Source: Nitrospirota bacterium | GTDB taxonomy: Bacteria; Nitrospirota; UBA9217 | Assembly (NCBI GenBank): GCA_963818475.1 | Contig: CAWFSF010000006.1 | Coordinates: 32,001 to 96,000 of the forward strand | DNA: 64,000 nt | Direction of reading: 5' to 3' | Shown here: positions 59,092 through 64,000 of the stretch, piece after piece | Layout of the letters: every line of letters starts with the position of its first letter | Position numbering within the stretch: the stretch's first letter is position 1 | Translations under genes and position numbers: made by a program | The notes under the pieces: model-generated | What the model saw: only the letters and a program-made list of their open reading frames with translations | What the model was told of the DNA's origin: nothing | Database searches by the model: none

Positions 59092-61143
59092 TCATGCTGT
59101 CCTGCGTGTTCTTTCGCTGTCATGAAAAACCGCTATCCTGTTCTTTCCGCTTCTTTTTGCGCAATACAGCGCTGTATCGACATTTTTCAGCAGCTGTTCG
59201 AGCGCCAGGCCGTGCTCGGGATAACAGGCGATTCCGATGCTGACGGTGATCCTTTCCTGCTCCCCGCATTCAGGGTCCTGAGGAGGAACCGCACACCGCT
59301 TTTCCAGGCAGGCCCGTATCCTCTCAGCGATATCTCTTGCCAACGCCTCATCGGTCTCGGGCAGGATGATAATGAACTCATCTCCTCCGTATCGTGCCGC
59401 GAGATCAATGGACCGGATGGTATTCACGATGGTCAGCGCCATCTCTTTCAGTACCTGATCTCCGAACGGATGTCCCCGCGTGTCGTTGCAGTGCTTGAAG
59501 CCGTCCAGGTCGAGCATAAGCAGGCTGAGACGATGGCCATGACGTTCAGAGCGGGATAATTCTTCTTTCAGCCGTTCAAAGAGGTATCTGCGGTTCGCGA
59601 GTCCGGTCAGATGGTCCGTGATGGTCAGTTTTTCGAGCGCCTCTGTCCTTTTCAAAAAAACATTCCGCTCCATGACGATCGCAGCGTGGGTCGCAAACGC
59701 CTGAATGAGCTTCAGGTCCTCCTCGTTGAAGACCTCGCCGGTCGTCTTATCGGACAGATTGAGCACGCCGATGACGCGATCGCCGATCTTGAGCGGTATG
59801 CTGATGAAGGACCGGGTCTTATAATGCAGCCTGTTCTTCTGCCGGATCCTCTGGTCCTGTTCAAGGTCTTCGACCAGGAGCGCTTCACCGAATTCGGCCA
59901 CTCTGCCGGCGATCCCTTCGCCGCGATGGATCCGGACCTGATCCGCCAGGCCTTCGACGGTCCCCTTTTTGGCCGACAGGAGCAGATCTTCGGTCTCCTG
60001 GTCGATCAGCATCAGGGACCCCTGCTCAGCCTTGAGCAGGCCGGCGGACTCATCGAGGATCCTCCGCAGCAGCAGGGGATAATTTTGGATGGGCGTTATG
60101 GCCCTGGCCAGCTCCGAGAGCGCAACGAATCCGTCAAATTTGCGGAACAGCTTCTGTCGAAGATGATTGTTCTCGATCGAAAGTGCGGTTTGACGGCAGA
60201 GTGCGGCGATGATATGCGTATCGCCGGTTTTGAAATCGCGGTCCGCGATGCAGAGGACCGCGTCAAGCTGTCCGTGTACGATGATCGGAAAAAAATGAAG
60301 GACGCCCGCGCTCTTGAGGAACCCGGCATCGGACACTGCCGCCGAGTCAGCCGAAAGCATAAACGGCTTGCCGGCAAGAAGGCCTTGTATGATCTCGCCC
60401 GTATCACAGAGGGTGGCGGGGTCGGGTTCGTCACCGTTATGGGAAAGGCGGGACAGATTCGTGTATCCCCCGTGCCGCCGGTCACGGACAAACACCGCGC
60501 AACCGTCGGCATCTATCAGCGAGGGCAGCTCCTGCAGCAGATGCCGATACAGCGCTTCGGGCTCTCCGGTCGGCGCTCCCCCCGCGTGGATGAACTTTTT
60601 CATGCTTTCGAATTCATTTCCAAGGGCGGGGTCCCCACGGCTGCCTAACAGTCTGCGAACCGCATCGGTCGTAAAATCACAGACCATCCAGGCTCTCGAA
60701 TAATTCGTAAACACGGTCGGCGGCGCCAGGGAGGCCACATCGAGTCCGGCGGCGTGCAGGTGCTTCATGCCGTCCTGAAAATCCTCAAGCGATGAGAACG
60801 AACCCTGTCCAAGAATGACCGCCTGTTCCGCTTTGTGCCGAAGAGGAACGACAAAGCTCACGACCTTCAAATAACATTTGAACACGGCAGGTCTTCCCGT
60901 TTCGAACGCGTTTTTCATGAAGAAGCGGCAATGCGTTTCGCAGGACGGGATAAGGCCGGGCGCGGATGAGCTAAGCCGGTGGCACAAGTGGGCCGTGTCG
61001 CGCAGGCTGTACAGCAGTTTTCCGTCACGGGAAAAAATACTCAAGGTAAATCCGAGGCTCTCGGAAAGAGCCGCAACAGAGTCCTGCCAGGAATCAGTTG
61101 CGAAGAGGTCCTGGAGGTTTCCACCGGTGCGATCATGCTGCAT
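59092..61143 (-). CDS. diguanylate cyclase with PocR-like and two GAF domains
   Basis: RSIDLAARYGGDEF (I-site plus active site), GEGIAGRV GAF motif, Cys-containing N-domain. Confidence 0.9.
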   Translation of the reverse strand: MQHDRTGGNLQDLFATDSWQDSVAALSESLGFTLSIFSRDGKLLYSLRDTAHLCHRLSSSAPGLIPSCETHCRFFMKNAFETGRPAVFKCYLKVVSFVVPLRHKAEQAVILGQGSFSSLEDFQDGMKHLHAAGLDVASLAPPTVFTNYSRAWMVCDFTTDAVRRLLGSRGDPALGNEFESMKKFIHAGGAPTGEPEALYRHLLQELPSLIDADGCAVFVRDRRHGGYTNLSRLSHNGDEPDPATLCDTGEIIQGLLAGKPFMLSADSAAVSDAGFLKSAGVLHFFPIIVHGQLDAVLCIADRDFKTGDTHIIAALCRQTALSIENNHLRQKLFRKFDGFVALSELARAITPIQNYPLLLRRILDESAGLLKAEQGSLMLIDQETEDLLLSAKKGTVEGLADQVRIHRGEGIAGRVAEFGEALLVEDLEQDQRIRQKNRLHYKTRSFISIPLKIGDRVIGVLNLSDKTTGEVFNEEDLKLIQAFATHAAIVMERNVFLKRTEALEKLTITDHLTGLANRRYLFERLKEELSRSERHGHRLSLLMLDLDGFKHCNDTRGHPFGDQVLKEMALTIVNTIRSIDLAARYGGDEFIIILPETDEALARDIAERIRACLEKRCAVPPQDPECGEQERITVSIGIACYPEHGLALEQLLKNVDTALYCAKRSGKNRIAVFHDSERTRRTA

Positions 61144-61241
61144 ACTGCCTCCCTGTGTTGCGTGCCGTTGTTGCAGAACGTGGTACTACCCGGGAGGCAG
61201 GTGCGGAGAAAACGTGCCGTCCATGGGCCGGGACACCGGAA

Positions 61242-61460
61242 TCAAGGCCGGAATTTCCTCATTCGGTGATGAAGGGGCGAGGCCATCTCAGGCTTGAAGT
61301 CCTGGGAAAGTTTTGCGCAGTATCCATCGACAACCTCGCAGTAGAACTCACCGACGTACTCCTGCCACCCGCAGGCGCAGCACATCGAGGATTCCTGGGG
61401 TTCGGTCTTTTTCATATACGTACCGCACTGGGGACAGCGTTTGAACCACATGTCGGCCAT
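61242..61460 (-). CDS. small Cys-rich protein
   Basis: GGAGG RBS; CPQC, CCAC, C..C. Confidence 0.55.
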   Translation of the reverse strand: MADMWFKRCPQCGTYMKKTEPQESSMCCACGWQEYVGEFYCEVVDGYCAKLSQDFKPEMASPLHHRMRKFRP

Positions 61461-61526
61461 GGTGTCCTCCTTTCATCCACATGCTTTTATCAGGTTCATG
61501 AAACGTATGGTCCAGCCCCACCGGGC

Positions 61527-63357
61527 TTACTCGACCGTCACGCTTTTTGCCAGGTTCCTCGGCTGGTCCACATCGCACCCCCGGAGCACCCCGATATGGT
61601 ATGCCAGGAGCTGAAGCGGGACGGCATAGATGAAGGGTGAAAGCAGGGGGTGTGTCAACGGCACCTCGATGATGTCGTCGGCCTTGCCCCGGAGCAATGC
61701 GGGTGCGTCCGTCAGGGCGATGATCCTCCCGCCCCGCGCTTTGACCTCTTCGATATTCGACATCATCTTCTCAAAGAAGTCGTTCGACGGGGCCACCACC
61801 ACCACCGGCAGGCCCTTTTCGATCAGCGCGATCGGTCCGTGTTTCATTTCTCCGGCCGGATATCCTTCCGCGTGCAGATACGATATTTCCTTCAGCTTTA
61901 ACGCCCCTTCGAGAGCGATGGGATAGTTGATGCCCCGCGCCAGGTAGAGCATGCTCTGTGCGTGCACCATGGTTGCGGCAAGCGCCTTGATCTCCTCGTC
62001 TTTCCGCAGCGTTTCCTCAATGAGCGAGGGGATACGGGCGAGCTGCGACCTCAGGGCGTTCATATCGACCCCGTCCACTCCCTGCCGTTCCTGCTCAAGA
62101 CCGATGGCAAGCAGGCACAGGGCGGCAAGCTGTGTGGTAAAGGTTTTCGTCGATGCCACGCCGATCTCCGGTCCGCCCCTGGTATAGAGGACCGCGTCCG
62201 CTTCGCGGGTCGATGTGCTTCCCACAACATTGCAGATCGAGAGGGTCCGCGCGCCCCGGCGCTTTGCTTCACGTTGGGCAGCAAGGGTATCGGCGGTTTC
62301 ACCTGACTGAGTGACCGCAATGAACCGCGTGTCCTGTCCGATGACCGGGAACCGGTAGCGGTACTCTGAAGCGATCTCGACGTCCACGGGTATGCGTGCC
62401 AGCCGTTCGATCAGGTATTTTCCGATCAGGCCCGCATGGTACGAGGAACCGCAGGAAACAATGTGCAGTTTGCCGATCTCCTCTGTTCGCTGCAGCCAGC
62501 GGTCTATATCGGCAACAACGCCCAGGGGATCGCCCAGTCGTTCACCCAGCGTATGGGTGATGGCCTGGGGCTGCTCGCAGATCTCTTTGTGCATGAAGTG
62601 GGCGTGCCCGGCCTTTTCGGCCATTGCAGAGCGACCAGTCGATCTCGACCACGCGGTCCTGGTAAGAGACGACGGCATCCGAGGCAAGATCAGCCAGGTC
62701 CATGGTCGTTCCGCTCAAGGTGCAGATCTGGCCGTCTTCCATAAAAACGATCCTGCGCGTATAGGGGAGTATGGCCGGGATATCCGACGCAAAATACCGG
62801 GTATCATCGCCGATCCCGATCACCAGGGGGCTGCCCTTCCTGACCGCAAAGAGCTTGTTTGGACTGCACTCGCTCATGATGCCGAGAGCGTAGGCGCCCC
62901 GCAACTGCGCAACGGCAGCCTGTATGGCCTCTCTGATCGAATATCCCTGCTGTAAATACCCTGCGATAAGCTGGGGAACGACCTCTGTGTCGGTCTCAGA
63001 GAGGAACTGATGGCCTTTCGCTTCCAGGTCCGACCTCAGTTCCCGGTAGTTCTCGATGATGCCGTTGTGAACGACGGCCACACCACCGGCGCAGTGCGGG
63101 TGCGCGTTCGCCGTGGAAGGTGCGCCATGCGTGGCCCACCGCGTATGGCCGAGGCCGATCGTGATCTGCGGGGACGGCTTCGGAAGCATTTTTTGCAGGT
63201 CCTTGATCTTGCCCCTGGTCTTATATACTTCCAAACCGCGTCCGTTCTGGAAGGCTATTCCTGCGGAGTCGTAGCCCCGGTATTCGAGACTCTTCAGGCT
63301 GTCCACCAGCACCTGGAGAGAACCGGCTGTTCCTATAAAGCCGACAATGCCGCACAT
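61527..63357 (-). CDS. glmS: glutamine-fructose-6-phosphate aminotransferase (frameshift near 62630)
   Basis: MCGIVG, LEYRGYDSAG, HTRWATHG, QSGETADT, ASTK, PRNLAKSVTVE. Confidence 0.97.
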
Positions 63358-63874
63358 AGTTTCTGTCTCCTCGTGGTCTTATCACGCTTTATTGTTCATA
63401 GTTGTTGAACGATTCCGGCGCATGGCTGAAATTTCTACGACCAAGGGGTCGGATAAATAAGGATGCACATAAATCGTACCGGGATAATAGCAATAACCGT
63501 ACCTGCCCATTTTCATGCTGTTTCACCGGGGAAGAAAAATCCGATCCGCAGAGATCCGGATGCAAACCGGAGCCGCAAGTACCTGAATATTCAAGGTTGC
63601 GGAACATTCTGTGACTACTTGATACGCTTGAATGGGATCATCATGTTCTCTGGTTAATTGCCATGCAGCCGTACCAGTGATCGAGGGGAGTGTGTTCCCG
63701 TGGGATACAGTGCTCATGATACAAATGGTGAATTTCAAAGGGATGCCGTTTCTGTAACCGCTGTATACAAAATAGTATCCAGAAATCCGGCACGATCTGT
63801 TCCCTGGAGGAACACAGATGTTATTCAGAATCGCGACACAGCTAAAATATCATGAAAAACAACGTGCTTTACTG

Positions 63875-63890
63875 CGGCACCAAACTTGCT
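63875..63890 (+). promoter_or_regulatory. sigma54 promoter
   Basis: CGGCACCAAACTTGCT. Confidence 0.6.
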
Positions 63891-63916
63891 AATCAATCGT
63901 GATTAGGGAAGGTGAT

Positions 63917-64000
63917 ATGGAAACGATGAAAAAAAAGATACTCATTGTCGATGAAACGCGTTTTTCGCGCATCTGTTCGGCCATCCTTGAAAAAGAAGGG
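63917..64000 (+). CDS. receiver-like protein, 5' end
   Basis: AAGGTGA RBS; MKKKILIVDE...ILEKEG; runs off the window. Confidence 0.6.
   Translation, partial: METMKKKILIVDETRFSRICSAILEKEG

Noticed and set aside
63358-63870. glmS ribozyme or other riboswitch upstream of glmS
   Set aside because: Could not recognise the conserved ribozyme core; an Rfam scan would be needed

Overview
The window looks like two unrelated genomes joined at about position 25,050. Many known genes are broken by single-base frameshifts, consistent with error-prone long-read sequence. Left part (1-25,050): Methanomicrobiales (Methanoregula-like) archaeal DNA. It holds an MFS transporter, hypothetical and lipoprotein genes, a HAMP + two Roadblock operon, and a glycogen/sugar-phosphate cluster (glgP, ADP-dependent kinase, two GH57, GT4, phosphoribulokinase-like kinase, cupin glucose-6-P isomerase, malQ). 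Junction: the 5' end of a bacterial aspS is cut off exactly at a GGATCC/GATC site. Right part (25,050-64,000): GC-rich bacterial DNA, Nitrospirota/Desulfobacterota-like by inference. It holds a sigma54-driven Mo-nitrogenase cluster (nifHDK, tauE-like, nifEN, nifX, nifI1/I2, ferredoxin, GNAT, nifB, hesA, amtB, glnK) whose spacers, and even nifE/nifN, are filled with several different palindromic or heptamer repeat families. There are two integron cassette arrays. One lacks an integrase, sits inside the nif cluster and carries an ApeA-like HEPN cassette. The other has an intI remnant, an IS91 remnant ending in an attC-like hairpin, a group IIC intron fragment in an attC, and a RAYT flanked by inverted tandem repeats. 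The window ends with a UGA-interrupted pentaheme cytochrome (ExtKL-like selenoprotein), TPR, phosphatase, diguanylate cyclase and glmS genes. Taxonomic and family calls come from motif recognition, not database searches.
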